Shown: piece after piece, positions 28,970 through 38,880 of the stretch
Numbering within the stretch: the first letter of the stretch is position 1
Layout: every line of letters starts with the position of its first letter
NCBI GenBank assembly: GCA_016868015.1
Contig: VGIF01000001.1
Span: forward strand, 1 to 61,659
Length of the DNA: 61,659 nt
Origin: Betaproteobacteria bacterium
Lineage (GTDB): Bacteria > Pseudomonadota > Gammaproteobacteria > Burkholderiales > SG8-41
Reading direction: 5' to 3'
The notes under the pieces: model-generated
Seen by the model: the letters and a program-made list of their open reading frames with translations, nothing else
The model's database searches: none
Told to the model about the DNA's origin: nothing
Translations under genes and position numbers: made by a program

Positions 28970-29941
28970 CTATTCGGTTTGAATATTCGCGTCGCGTATC
29001 GCCTTGCCGAAGCGCTCGGTTTCGGCTTTGACGAAGGCGATGAAATCGGCCGGGCTCTTGCTGGTGGTAATCGTCACGCCGCTATCGCCAAGCTTACCCG
29101 CCACGCCGGGATCGCGCATGGCATCGAGCGAAGCCTTGTAGAGCGTGTTCACCACCACTGCGGGCGCGCCGGCGGGCGCGAACAAGCCCTGCCACGAACC
29201 CACCACCATATCAAAACCGCCCTCGCGCATGGTCGGCACATCGGGCAATGCCTTGCTGCGCTCCGGCGCAATAATCGCCAGCATGCGCAGCCGGCCTTGC
29301 TTGGCAAACGGCATGGTCGAGGTGAAGGTGGTGAAGGAAAACTGCACCTCATTGGCGAGCAAGCCTATCGTCGCGGGGCCGGCGCCGCCCTTGTACGGCA
29401 CTTGCGTCGCGGTGGTGCCGGTCATCGACAGGAACATCAGCGCCTCCAGGGTGTTGGCGCTGGAGGGCGCCGCTGCGCCGTAGTTCAGTTTGCCGGGGTT
29501 GGCCTTAAGATGCGACACGAACTCCTTGACCGTCTTGCTCGGGATCGACGGATGCACCACCAGGCTGCCGGGCACGTCCACCAGTTGCGTAATCGGCGAC
29601 AAATCTTTTAGCGGGCGATATTGAAACTTGGTGTAGTACACCGGATTGATCGCCATGGTGCCGACGTTGCCCAGCAGCAACGTGTAACCGTCGGCCGTGG
29701 CGCGTGCCACCACTTCCACGCCGATATTACCGGCGGCGCCGCCACGATTATCAATCACCACCTGTTGCGCGAGACGCGCGGTAAACGCGGGCTGAATGAT
29801 GCGGCCGACAAAATCCGACGCGCCGCCCGGCGCAAACGGAATCACCAGGCGCAGCGGCCGATTCGGGTAATCTTGTCCAACGGCGCTGCCGCACACGGCA
29901 AACAGGGTCGCGGCCAGCGCCGCGGGCTTAAGTTTCAGCAT
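28970..29941 (-). CDS. Bug-family (TctC-like) substrate-binding protein
   Basis: MLKLKPAALAATLFAVCGSAVGQDYPNRPLRLVIPFAPGGASD. ATG 29941 with GGAGGA RBS. Confidence 0.9.
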   Translation of the reverse strand: MLKLKPAALAATLFAVCGSAVGQDYPNRPLRLVIPFAPGGASDFVGRIIQPAFTARLAQQVVIDNRGGAAGNIGVEVVARATADGYTLLLGNVGTMAINPVYYTKFQYRPLKDLSPITQLVDVPGSLVVHPSIPSKTVKEFVSHLKANPGKLNYGAAAPSSANTLEALMFLSMTGTTATQVPYKGGAGPATIGLLANEVQFSFTTFTSTMPFAKQGRLRMLAIIAPERSKALPDVPTMREGGFDMVVGSWQGLFAPAGAPAVVVNTLYKASLDAMRDPGVAGKLGDSGVTITTSKSPADFIAFVKAETERFGKAIRDANIQTE

Positions 29942-30092
29942 GGGGATCTCCTCCAGTGTTGCTGTTGTGAGTTTGCTAACGCCCTGCCGCGCCCCGCGTG
30001 ACGGTGGCAAGCGTGCGTGCGCTCAGCCCTTGACTGATGCGCCCACGCGCGGCAAAACGCCGCGTATTATGCCTCACGGGCACGCACCTGAC

Positions 30093-30132
30093 CAAAAACA
30101 AAAATATCAATTAAATCAAATACATAAATAAC
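30093..30132 (+). repeat. ATE copy 9
   Basis: caaaaacaaaaatatcaattaaatcaaatacataaataac (core TTR is ATA here). In the 465-nt divergent region between Bug and phnD. Confidence 0.65.
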
Positions 30133-30406
30133 AACACATAATCGAGACGAAAAGCATGGTCGGGCGCATCCGCGAGCTCGAACCGATCACACCAAGCTTT
30201 AACCTGTAGTTCACTTTGCCTTCACACCGGTGAGCGCCCTGCGCGCGATGAACCGTGTGCGCCTGATGTTAGCCGGTAAAGGGGTAACGGAAGTGGTACA
30301 CTAAAGCTAAAGCGCGAAAACGCAGCGAAAAAAGCACCATCACGCCATCAAGCCTGCGACATTTTTCGGCTCCACACCCACATGCACTATTGCAAGAGGA
30401 GGCACC

Positions 30407-31417
30407 GTGCGATTTATCGACGCAGCAAAAGGGGGCGTGTACAAGCTGATTTTGACCATGGGGTTGCTGATTTGCGCCACTGCCCAGGCGCAAACCGCGT
30501 GCAGCCACCGCGGCGAGCTGGATCAGCGCTATTGCGACGAAAACAAGGATCTGGTCGCCGATACGCCCAAGGATCCCAAAGCCTGGCAGGATCCGTCTAC
30601 GCTGGTGTTTTCGTATACGCCGGTGGAAGACCCCGCGGTTTACGAAAACGTATTCGCCGACTTTCTCGCCCACCTTTCCAAGGTGACCGGCAAGCGCATC
30701 CGCTGGTTCCCCGCCGAATCCTACGCAGCGCAAGTAGAAGCCATGCGCTCGGGCCGTCTGCACATCGCCGGCGTTGCGACCGGGCCGACGCCCTTTGCCG
30801 TCAACCTGGCGGGATTCGTGCCGCTGGTCGGCATGGAGCGGCGCGGCGACCGCAGCATCGGCTACACGCTGCGCCTGATCACCCAGCGCGACAGCCCCAT
30901 CAAGAGCGTGGCCGATCTGAAGGGCAAGCGTGTTGCTCATGTGTCGCCCTCGTCCAACTCCGGTGACATCGCGCCGCGCGCCTTATTCAAGGCGCTGGGC
31001 GTGGTGCCGGGCAAGGACTACGAAGTGGTGTATTCCGGGAAACACGATAATTCGATCATGGGCGTGGTCAACCGCGATTACGACGCGGCGCCGATTGCCT
31101 CGTCGGTGATCGATCGCATGATCGCGCGTGGCATGTTCAAGGCTGACGCCGTGCGCGTGGTATGGGAATCCGCGCCGTTCCCGCGCACCGCCTACGGTGT
31201 CGCGCACAACCTCGCGCCCGCGCTGCAGGAGAAGATCCGCCAGGCTTTCCTTACCTTTGATTTCAAGGCCTCGGCGCTGTCCAAGGAATTCAAGGATACC
31301 GAACGATTCGCCCCGATCAATTATTTGGAACACTGGCGCGACGTGCGCACCATCCAGCGCGAAACCGGCGTGCGCTACACGCAAGAAGCTCTGTCCAAAG
31401 TCGGCATCAAAGAATAA
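30407..31417 (+). CDS. phnD: phosphonate/phosphite ABC transporter substrate-binding protein PhnD family
   Basis: GTG start after AGAGGAGG. Signal peptide. PhnD-like body ([11 protein letters not shown]..., [14 protein letters not shown]). Confidence 0.8.
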   Translation: MRFIDAAKGGVYKLILTMGLLICATAQAQTACSHRGELDQRYCDENKDLVADTPKDPKAWQDPSTLVFSYTPVEDPAVYENVFADFLAHLSKVTGKRIRWFPAESYAAQVEAMRSGRLHIAGVATGPTPFAVNLAGFVPLVGMERRGDRSIGYTLRLITQRDSPIKSVADLKGKRVAHVSPSSNSGDIAPRALFKALGVVPGKDYEVVYSGKHDNSIMGVVNRDYDAAPIASSVIDRMIARGMFKADAVRVVWESAPFPRTAYGVAHNLAPALQEKIRQAFLTFDFKASALSKEFKDTERFAPINYLEHWRDVRTIQRETGVRYTQEALSKVGIKE

Positions 31418-31421
31418 CATC

Positions 31422-32258
31422 GTGAACACCGCGACAGCGGCGGGCGCGGCGCCTGTGGGCGCCCCCGCCAGCGCCCTGCTGCGCGTGCAAGACCTGGTCA
31501 AGGTTTATCCGGGCGGCAAGCGCGCACTCGATGGCGTCTCTTTCAGCGTCGAGCGGCCTGAAGTCATCGCCGTTATCGGTTCATCCGGCGCCGGCAAAAG
31601 TACGCTGATTCGCTGCATCAACCGCCTGGTCGAGCCGAGCGCGGGCCGCGTGTGGCTGAAAGAAACCGAAATCGCCGGCCTGCCGTGGCGCGAACTGCGC
31701 CGCGTGCGCCGCCGCATCGGCATGATTTTCCAGGAGTTCAACCTGGTTGAACGGCTCACCGTGATGGAAAACGTGCTATCGGGCCGGCTCGGCTCGGTGG
31801 GATTCATGGCCTCGCTGATGCGCCGCTTTCCGCCGCAAGATGTCTCGGGGGCATTCGCCCTGCTCGACCGCGTGGGGCTGGACGGTTATCACGACACCCG
31901 CGCCGACGCGCTCTCCGGCGGGCAGCGCCAGCGCGTGGGCATCGCGCGCGCGCTGATGCAACGGCCCGACCTCTTGCTGGTCGATGAGCCCACCGCCAGC
32001 CTCGACCCCAAGACCGCGCGCCAGATCATGCGGCTTATCTGCGCGCTGGCGCAAGAGCACAACACGCCGGCGCTGGTCAACATACACGACGTGGCGCTGG
32101 CGCAGTCCTTCGCCAGCCGCGTGATCGGCCTTAAAGCGGGTGGCGTGGTTTTTGACGGCCCGCCCGCGGCGCTCAACGCCGAGGCATTGACCGAAATCTA
32201 CGGCGCCGAAGATTGGAGCCAGACCATACGCCGCGTCAGCGACGAAGATGACGAATGA
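31422..32258 (+). CDS. phnC: phosphonate ABC transporter ATP-binding protein PhnC
   Basis: GTG 31422. [54 protein letters not shown]. Confidence 0.85.
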   Translation: MNTATAAGAAPVGAPASALLRVQDLVKVYPGGKRALDGVSFSVERPEVIAVIGSSGAGKSTLIRCINRLVEPSAGRVWLKETEIAGLPWRELRRVRRRIGMIFQEFNLVERLTVMENVLSGRLGSVGFMASLMRRFPPQDVSGAFALLDRVGLDGYHDTRADALSGGQRQRVGIARALMQRPDLLLVDEPTASLDPKTARQIMRLICALAQEHNTPALVNIHDVALAQSFASRVIGLKAGGVVFDGPPAALNAEALTEIYGAEDWSQTIRRVSDEDDE

Positions 32259-32276
32259 GCAAGGCATGAGCAGCCC

Positions 32277-33083
32277 ATGAGCGCCGCGGCGAGCTACCCC
32301 ACCCACTGGCGAAGGCCGCCCGCTTTTTTCGGCACGCGCCGGCGCTACTGGCTGTTTATCGGTGGCGTAATCCTGTATTTCGCGTGGTCGCTGTCGACGC
32401 TTAACATCGACGTTGAACGCATGCTGGCCGGCTTGCCGCGCGCGCTGGACATTTTCGCGCGCATGGTGCCGCCCGATTTTTCCAAGGGCCAACTGCTGTT
32501 AAAGGGCATGCTCGAAAGCCTGCAAATGGCATTTGCCGCGACACTGATCGGCGCCATACTCGCGGTGCCGCTGGGCATCGCCGCGGCGCGCAACATAGCG
32601 CCGCGCCCGGTCTACCTCGCCGCGCGCGGCTTTATCGTGCTTAACCGCACTTTTCACGAAATCATCATTGCGATTTTTTTCGTCAAGTTGTTCGGTTTCG
32701 GCGCGGTGGCCGGCCTGCTGACGCTGGCGCTGTCTTCGTGGACCTTCTGCGGCAAAATGCTCGCCGAGGACATCGAAAACGTGCGCATGGGCCAGATCGA
32801 GGCGGTGCGCGCGACCGGCGCCGGTTTCGCGCAAACCGTGGTGTTCTCGGTGGTACCGCAAGTGCTCTCGCGCACCGTCGGCGTGCTCATTTACCGGCTT
32901 GACGCCAACGTGCGCCATTCCACGGTCATCGGCATTGTCGGCGCCGGCGGCATCGGCCAGACGCTGTCGGCCTCGTTTTCGCGCTATGACTACGATTTTG
33001 CCGCGGCCATACTGCTTTGCATCGCCGCGCTGGTGGCGCTGGGCGAATGGTTCAGCGACTGGGTACGGAGAAAACTCCGATGA
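32277..33083 (+). CDS. phnE: phosphonate ABC transporter permease PhnE (1)
   Basis: EAVRATGAGFAQTVVFSVVPQVL and STVIGIVGAGGIG, the PhnE signature. Confidence 0.85.
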   Translation: MSAAASYPTHWRRPPAFFGTRRRYWLFIGGVILYFAWSLSTLNIDVERMLAGLPRALDIFARMVPPDFSKGQLLLKGMLESLQMAFAATLIGAILAVPLGIAAARNIAPRPVYLAARGFIVLNRTFHEIIIAIFFVKLFGFGAVAGLLTLALSSWTFCGKMLAEDIENVRMGQIEAVRATGAGFAQTVVFSVVPQVLSRTVGVLIYRLDANVRHSTVIGIVGAGGIGQTLSASFSRYDYDFAAAILLCIAALVALGEWFSDWVRRKLR

Positions 33084-33886
33084 ATACCGCCGCCCGGCGT
33101 TATCCCGAGATCTGGCAGCGGCGCTCGCTGCGCGAGACCATCAGCGCCTGGTTGTGGACCGCCGCGCTCGCCGCCGCCGCGGTGTGGTCGATCACCATGC
33201 TCGATATCGAGTGGGCGTTTTTCAGCGACGCGCACCTGCAGGCGATCGATCTGGCCGAGCGCATGTGGCCGCCGCGCTGGTCGTATCTGCCGGTGATTAT
33301 CGGGCCGCTGATCGAGACCATTCATATCGCCACCATCGGCACCGCCATTGCCTACGTGTTCTCGGTACCGCTCGCCTTCCTCGCCGCGCGCAACACTACG
33401 CTCAACAGCTTCACCTGGGCAATCGGCCGTTCGCTGCTGGTGATCTCGCGCTCGGTCAACACGGTGATCTGGGGGCTGTTGTTCGTGGCGATCTTCGGGC
33501 CTGGCCCGGTCGCCGGCATTGCCTCGGTGGCCGCGCGCTCGGTCGGCTTTCTCGCCAAGCTGGTGGCCGAATCGATCGAGGAAGCGGACCGCGGGCCGGT
33601 CGAGGCCATCGAATCCACCGGCGCCGGCACCGGACAGGTGTATCTGCTCGGCATCCTGCCGCAAGTGATGCCGGTGCTGGTCGGCACCACGGTCTACCGT
33701 TGGGATATCAACGTGCGTGAATCGAGCGTACTCGGCTTCGTCGGCGCCGGCGGCATTGGGCTGCAGCTGTACGCGTCGATCAACCAGTTCGCCTGGCAAC
33801 AAGTACTGGTGGTGCTGGCGGCGATTCTGCTGATCGTGCTGTTAAGCGAAGCGCTTTCCGCGTATATCCGTGCCCGCATCACCTGA
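33080..33886 (+). CDS. phnE: phosphonate ABC transporter permease PhnE (2)
   Basis: ATGA overlap with the first phnE. EAIESTGAGTGQVYLLGILPQVMP and SSVLGFVGAGGIG. Confidence 0.85.
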   Translation: MNTAARRYPEIWQRRSLRETISAWLWTAALAAAAVWSITMLDIEWAFFSDAHLQAIDLAERMWPPRWSYLPVIIGPLIETIHIATIGTAIAYVFSVPLAFLAARNTTLNSFTWAIGRSLLVISRSVNTVIWGLLFVAIFGPGPVAGIASVAARSVGFLAKLVAESIEEADRGPVEAIESTGAGTGQVYLLGILPQVMPVLVGTTVYRWDINVRESSVLGFVGAGGIGLQLYASINQFAWQQVLVVLAAILLIVLLSEALSAYIRARIT

Positions 33887-34790
33887 GCCGGCGCGCGGCG
33901 CCCCCCATATCCACACCGGCATCCACAGCGGGCTGGCGCAGCTCGCGCCGCGCTACGATGGCTACATCATCGACCAATGGGGTGTGCTGCACGACGGCAC
34001 CAGCCCCTACCCGGGCGCGCGCGCCTGCCTGCAGCGCCTGCGCGAGCTGGGCAAGCGCGTGGTGATTCTGTCCAACTCCGGGCGGCGCGCATCCGACAAT
34101 GTCGAACTGATGGCGCGCATCGGTTTCGAGCGCGGCCTGTATGAGCGGCTGATCAGCGCCGGCGAGGACGCGCGCGACGCCATCCAGGCACGCAGCGAGC
34201 CGTTTCACAGCCGGCTGGGGCGGCGCTGTTACGCCTTCACCCAGGACGGCGATACCGGCGTGCTTGACGGCATGCCCATCGAGATGGTGTCTTCGATCGG
34301 CGCGGCGGATTTTCTAATCGTGCTGCGCATGGACGCGACACGGCGCGACCTCGCCGCGCACGAAGACGAGCTGCGTGCCGGCATCGCGCGCAAGCTACCC
34401 ATGATTTGCGCCAACCCCGACCTCTCGCGTGTTTCGCCGCAAGGCATCATCGAGGCGGCGGGCGTGCTGGCGCGCCGCTACGAGGAACTGGGCGGCGCGG
34501 TGTTTTATCACGGCAAACCGCACCCGGCGATTTACCACTCCTGCCTTAAAACACTGGGAACACTGGGCATCGACGACCCGCGCCGCGTGCTGGCGGTGGG
34601 CGACTCCATCGAACACGACATCCTCGGCGCGGCACGCGCCAACATCGACAGCGCATTCATTGCCGGCGGCATCCATTGCCCGGACCTTTGCGAAGCCTGG
34701 GGAAAACCGCCGTCGCTCGATGCATGGCGGCGTTTCGCGGCCGGCGCCGCCGCACAACCGGACCATCTCTTGCCGGCTTTCGTCTGGTAA
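33870..34790 (+). CDS. HAD-superfamily class IIA hydrolase (TIGR01459-like)
   Basis: YDGYIIDQWGVLHDG motif I variant, ILSNSGRR, VGDSIEHDILGA. GTG start overlaps the phnE2 end by 17 nt. Confidence 0.75.
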   Translation: MPASPEPARGAPHIHTGIHSGLAQLAPRYDGYIIDQWGVLHDGTSPYPGARACLQRLRELGKRVVILSNSGRRASDNVELMARIGFERGLYERLISAGEDARDAIQARSEPFHSRLGRRCYAFTQDGDTGVLDGMPIEMVSSIGAADFLIVLRMDATRRDLAAHEDELRAGIARKLPMICANPDLSRVSPQGIIEAAGVLARRYEELGGAVFYHGKPHPAIYHSCLKTLGTLGIDDPRRVLAVGDSIEHDILGAARANIDSAFIAGGIHCPDLCEAWGKPPSLDAWRRFAAGAAAQPDHLLPAFVW

Positions 34791-34854
34791 ACAGGCCTGC
34801 GCGTGACGGCGTCGGTCACCGGGCGCCGGTCGAGTCGGCGCGATCCAATGCAAA

Positions 34855-35055
34855 CTAAAATTCCTTCCACTCGCCATCGTTTTCAGTGCGCGCCAGACGC
34901 TTGGATGGCGCTAACTGCGGCGCGGCGGGCGTAGCCGCAACCGGTTTGATTGGCGGCGACACGACAAAAACCTTGCCCCCCGCGAAAATCGCGAAGTAGC
35001 TGCCGTGCCGCGGCGCGAGTGCCAGGCAATAGATCAGATGCAACGCGAGGATCAC
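34855..35055 (-). CDS. hypothetical small membrane-anchored protein (66 aa)
   Basis: GC3-rich. Hydrophobic N-terminus ILALHLIYCLALA...YFAIFAGGKVFVV, Pro/Ala linker, acidic tail TENDGEWKEF. The GTG start overlaps the upstream mini-ORF stop (GTGA). Confidence 0.45.
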   Translation of the reverse strand: MILALHLIYCLALAPRHGSYFAIFAGGKVFVVSPPIKPVAATPAAPQLAPSKRLARTENDGEWKEF

Positions 35056-35138
35056 GACATCACGTAGTCAGCGGATACTCGGATATCGCGCAGCGGATCG
35101 ACTTTAAACGGCATGGACGCTTGAGCGGGAAGTGCCAT
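35052..35138 (-). CDS. candidate 28-codon mini-ORF (MALPAQASMPFKVDPLRDIRVSADYVMS)
   Basis: ATG 35138 is preceded by GGGAGG at 5-nt spacing. Its stop overlaps the start of the next ORF by 4 nt. Not in the ORF track (too short); translated by hand. Confidence 0.3.
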   Translation of the reverse strand: MALPAQASMPFKVDPLRDIRVSADYVMS

Positions 35139-35254
35139 TGAACCTCCCAACGGCATTTAGGAAATGCTCGTCAACTCAACTTGTGGCCGAGAATAACAGT
35201 TACGGGTGCTGATCAAGCCAAAAAGGCACACGCAGCCCAGGAGAAAAACCGCCG

Positions 35255-36250
35255 CTACTGCACCATGCCCACATCGGTCAACGCGGTTTTAAGCTGCCGA
35301 TACAATGCCGCGAGCTGCTTTTGGGTATCCGCCCGCCCCGCATAAAACGGAATGTAGTGATTTTTAGTGGCGTATTCTTCCCAGATTTTACTCTCCAGCA
35401 CGCGCTTGAATGCCCCCTCCCAAAACGCCGCCTGCTCCGGCGTGATGCTGCGGGTACCGAGCATAAAGCGGATGTTGTGAAATTCGACGTCCAGGCCCTG
35501 CTCTTTCCAAGTGGGTATGTCGCGCAGCACGCCTCCACCGCGCTTGGCGGCTGCGATGCCGAGGATGCGCAGCTTGCCCGCCTGCTGGTTGGTCCACGCC
35601 TGCGCGAACGACATCGACGAGACGTCGATGTGGCCGCCGAGCAACGCCGCGAGCGCCTGCGAATTGCCTTGAAATTGCACCGTCTTTAACAATTTGGGAT
35701 CGGCGCCCATCGCCCTCGCCAGCAGCGCAGTGTTCAGATGCCCGGTGCCGCCGCGGCCGGCGCCAATGGCGATCGACAACGATTGCGGATCGGCCTTTAA
35801 CCTTGCCATCAGGTCACGCCCGCTTTTTAGCGGCGAGTCGGCTTGCACCACCATCGTCATATCTTCGCCGAACAACGTGGCGAGCGGCGTGTAGCTGTCG
35901 AAGTTGGCCTTGGAACGGCCGAGAATATGATTGTTGAGCAGCGTCATCGGCGACAAATATATGCGATGCGCATCACCCGCGTGCTGATCGAAATAATGTG
36001 TCGACACACTGCCGCCGCCACCGGGCTTGTTCACCGCAATCACCGTCGCCTCGACGATTTTTTGCTCGATCAACACCCGCTGCAGCATGCGCATGGTCGA
36101 ATCCAGTGACGAGCCCGCCGCCGATGGGGTGATGATTTCCACCGGTTTGTCCGGGCGCCAGCCGCTTTGTGCGTTCGACAAGAGTGCGTTGCCGGCGAAC
36201 AACAGCGCCGCCGCGTAACCCACCCATCCATGAGCTTTACCCATCATCAT
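35255..36250 (-). CDS. Bug-family (TctC-like) substrate-binding protein
   Basis: 331 aa. Signal peptide then a Bug-like body (PVEIITPSAAGSSLD, AVNKPGGGGSV). Confidence 0.85.
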   Translation of the reverse strand: MMMGKAHGWVGYAAALLFAGNALLSNAQSGWRPDKPVEIITPSAAGSSLDSTMRMLQRVLIEQKIVEATVIAVNKPGGGGSVSTHYFDQHAGDAHRIYLSPMTLLNNHILGRSKANFDSYTPLATLFGEDMTMVVQADSPLKSGRDLMARLKADPQSLSIAIGAGRGGTGHLNTALLARAMGADPKLLKTVQFQGNSQALAALLGGHIDVSSMSFAQAWTNQQAGKLRILGIAAAKRGGGVLRDIPTWKEQGLDVEFHNIRFMLGTRSITPEQAAFWEGAFKRVLESKIWEEYATKNHYIPFYAGRADTQKQLAALYRQLKTALTDVGMVQ

Positions 36251-36380
36251 CTTCGCTGCCTCCGCTATGGTTACTTTATGTTGCTGATGTTGCTAGTGTT
36301 GCTTATACGAGCGCTCGCAGAGTGTGCGCGAAGCGCACTCACGATTCAACTCCCGGTATGCGTATAATCATAAGGGCCCC

Positions 36381-36412
36381 AGAAAAATATATAATTAAAT
36401 CAATTACTTACG
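36381..36412 (+). repeat. ATE copy 10
   Basis: agaaaaatatataattaaatcaattacttacg, core AATCAATTACTTA is perfect. Lies 31 nt upstream of the ACAD ATG 36444. Confidence 0.75.
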
Positions 36413-36443
36413 TTATTATTCCCACATTTGCCGAAGGCCCGCC

Positions 36444-37652
36444 ATGGATTTCAACTTAAGTCCCGAACAACAACGCTGGCGCGATAGCGCGCGCGCTTTC
36501 ACCGAAAAACACATCAAGCCCGAGGTAGTCCGGCGCGATCGTTTGCCCACCGCCGCCGAGCGCATCCCTTGGGATTGGATACGCGAAGCCGATAAGCATG
36601 GTCTGCGCACCCTGGGCGTGCCCAAAAAATTCGGCGGCGGCGGTGTCGACATTTTGACCATGTGCCTAGTGGGCGAAGAACTCGCGGTGGGCGACTTGGG
36701 TTTCGCGGTGATCATGGATCAGTGCTGGAAAATGGCGCATCTGTTCAGCGAAGCCATGAACGCCGAACAGCAAGAACGCTTTATCCCCAAATTTGTCGCC
36801 GACCCCGAAGCCACCACCGCGATCGCGATCACCGAACCGGGCGCGGGCTCCGACCATCAAGGTTATTACGACGCACCCGACATCGATTTCAAAACCACTG
36901 CAGTGCGTGAAGGCGATCACTACATCATCAACGGCACCAAGCGCTACGTCTCCAACGGCTGCATGGCGAAACTTTATTTCGTGGTGGCGCGCACCGACAC
37001 CCGTCAAAGCCTGCGAGAGGGCGGCTCGATTTTCATCGTGCCTTCCGACACGCCGGGCTTTCGCGTGGGCTTTTTCCACGAAAAGAGCAGCCAGCGCCTG
37101 GCCACCAACGGCACCTTTCACTTTGAAAACTGTCGCGTGCCCGCCGCCAACATGCTGCAAGGCGAAGGCTTGTTGGGCCGCTTGCGCAGCGAATACATGT
37201 GGGGCAGCAAGGCCGAAGCGGCCGCCACCGCCTTGGGCGTGGGCCGCGCGGCTTACGAATACGCGCTCGACTACGCCAAACAACGCAAACAGGGCGGCAA
37301 ACGCATCGTCGAACAACAAGCCGTGGCCATGATGCTCGCCACCATGGCGATGAAGCTGGACGCGGCGCGATTGCAAATCTGGAAAGCGGCAACGCTCGCC
37401 GAACGCAAACACCCCGACGCGCGGCCGCTGGGTTTGCTCGCCAAGGTGAACGCGTCGGAAACCGCGTTTGAATGCTGCAAACTCGCCGGCGAAGTGTTGG
37501 GCGGCGCGTCGATCATGTACGAACACCCGGTCGAAAAATACCTGCGCGATGCATCGAGCTTTTTACACTCGGATGGAACCAATCAGCTTTGTTTGTTGCG
37601 CGCGGCGCAAGGGATTGCGGGGTTGGGGGATTCCGCGCTTTACGGGTTTTGA
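36444..37652 (+). CDS. acyl-CoA dehydrogenase family protein
   Basis: 402 aa. ACAD N, middle and C-terminal domain pattern (AITEPGAGSD..., YPVEKYLRDA-like HPVEKYLRDASSFLHSDGTNQ). Confidence 0.88.
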   Translation: MDFNLSPEQQRWRDSARAFTEKHIKPEVVRRDRLPTAAERIPWDWIREADKHGLRTLGVPKKFGGGGVDILTMCLVGEELAVGDLGFAVIMDQCWKMAHLFSEAMNAEQQERFIPKFVADPEATTAIAITEPGAGSDHQGYYDAPDIDFKTTAVREGDHYIINGTKRYVSNGCMAKLYFVVARTDTRQSLREGGSIFIVPSDTPGFRVGFFHEKSSQRLATNGTFHFENCRVPAANMLQGEGLLGRLRSEYMWGSKAEAAATALGVGRAAYEYALDYAKQRKQGGKRIVEQQAVAMMLATMAMKLDAARLQIWKAATLAERKHPDARPLGLLAKVNASETAFECCKLAGEVLGGASIMYEHPVEKYLRDASSFLHSDGTNQLCLLRAAQGIAGLGDSALYGF

Positions 37653-37656
37653 ATCC

Positions 37657-37744
37657 GTAGGGCGGGAGAAACGAAGTGTATCCCGCCGTGCTGCGATGGC
37701 GCGCCCGCGTAACGGCGGGATACGCTACGCTGCTCCCGCCCTAC
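37657..37744. repeat. REP-like nested palindrome, family C
   Basis: Outer gtagggcgggag/ctcccgccctac, inner gtatcccgccgt/acggcgggatac. Confidence 0.7.
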
Positions 37745-37756
37745 CTGTTGCGAAAT

Positions 37757-38848
37757 TCATCGCATCAACGACGCAAGCTTTCCATCCCGATCCGATTGCA
37801 ACTCGGCGACGCGCTGCCCTTCGACAGTCCCGTTGGAAAGCCACTCCAGTGCCGCCTTATGCAACACAAAACGCACGCGCTCATACTGCATAAAATGCGA
37901 TGCACAGCCGACTTTGATGAACACGCGGTTGTCCATGTTCAACCCACTCCAAGTCGGAAAGCGGTTCACGTAGTTATCGAACTCACCCAGCAAAAACAGC
38001 GTCGGCGCCTTGATGTTGCCGATGTTGGCGCGCCAGCCGTAGTTCATGCGATTGGGCGCACGCATGATGCCGCGGCCGTCTGCCGTCCACGTCGCACCTA
38101 AGCCATCTTCTTGCATCAGCGCTTTCCACATGATTTCGCGAATTTCGAGATGCTCGACTTGGCCTTCGCTGCGGCAATCGTTTTCCCAGCGCTCGCCGAT
38201 CAGCCGATCCCAGCTTTGCAGAATCATCGGCGCGCCGGGTTCGGGGAACGGATTGGGCGGCGTATCGCTAGGGAAATACGGCGCCGGGCCGTAGAGCACC
38301 AGCTTGTCGACCTTCTCCGGGTGCATCGCCGCGAAGCCGCCCGCGCGCGGCGTGCCGGTAGACCAGCCGATCAGGCTGATCTTGTCGACCTTGCGCAACT
38401 CCATGATGAATTTAACGACGGTTTCGACTTCGTCGTGCTCGGTGCGGCTGGAAACCAGCTTGAACGGATAACGCGGCTGTGTCACGGCCTTCAACACATG
38501 CGGAATCAGATGATGTTGATGCGCCGGATCGACGTTGGTCGGGTCGTCCATCATCGGCTTGGGCGAAGAGCCATACGCGGTGTGCGTCATCGCAAACACG
38601 TCGTAGCCCGCGCGCGCCAGCACGCGCATGAAGCTGTAATCGCTTTGGTAGTCGAGATCGTAGGCGACGTTCGACGGCGAAAAGCCGCCATGGACGAACA
38701 GCACGACATGCGGTTTGTCACTGGCGGCGACCGACGCGGCGACTTTTTCGCGCAGATGCAGGCCCACGGTTTGGCCGAGGTTGGCTGGCACGGTGGATAC
38801 GTGCGTCACGAAGCGGTCGATGGTTTGGATAGTGTCGTCGGTGAACAT
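37757..38848 (-). CDS. alpha/beta hydrolase fold protein
   Basis: ATG 38848 (MFTDDTIQTIDRF). Nucleophile-elbow-like LIGWSTG and HGGF oxyanion region. The ORF-track extension upstream is read out of a REP element. Confidence 0.75.
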   Translation of the reverse strand: MFTDDTIQTIDRFVTHVSTVPANLGQTVGLHLREKVAASVAASDKPHVVLFVHGGFSPSNVAYDLDYQSDYSFMRVLARAGYDVFAMTHTAYGSSPKPMMDDPTNVDPAHQHHLIPHVLKAVTQPRYPFKLVSSRTEHDEVETVVKFIMELRKVDKISLIGWSTGTPRAGGFAAMHPEKVDKLVLYGPAPYFPSDTPPNPFPEPGAPMILQSWDRLIGERWENDCRSEGQVEHLEIREIMWKALMQEDGLGATWTADGRGIMRAPNRMNYGWRANIGNIKAPTLFLLGEFDNYVNRFPTWSGLNMDNRVFIKVGCASHFMQYERVRFVLHKAALEWLSNGTVEGQRVAELQSDRDGKLASLMR

Positions 38849-38880
38849 GAATTTGAAAATTTTTGGGCGATGCGCCGATT

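Noticed and set aside
30157-30188. tRNA 3'-end-like fragment (reverse complement gatcGGTTCGAGCtcgcggatgcgcccgACCA), possibly an island attachment scar
   Set aside because: The T-arm and acceptor cannot be paired, and the spacing from GGTTCG to CCA is 3 nt too long. The similarity is limited to GGTTCGAGC and a terminal CCA.
30204-30225. Pho-box-like sequence ctgtagttcactttgccttcac upstream of phnD
   Set aside because: Only the first 7-mer resembles CTGTCAT (5/7). The second half-site at 11-bp phasing matches poorly.
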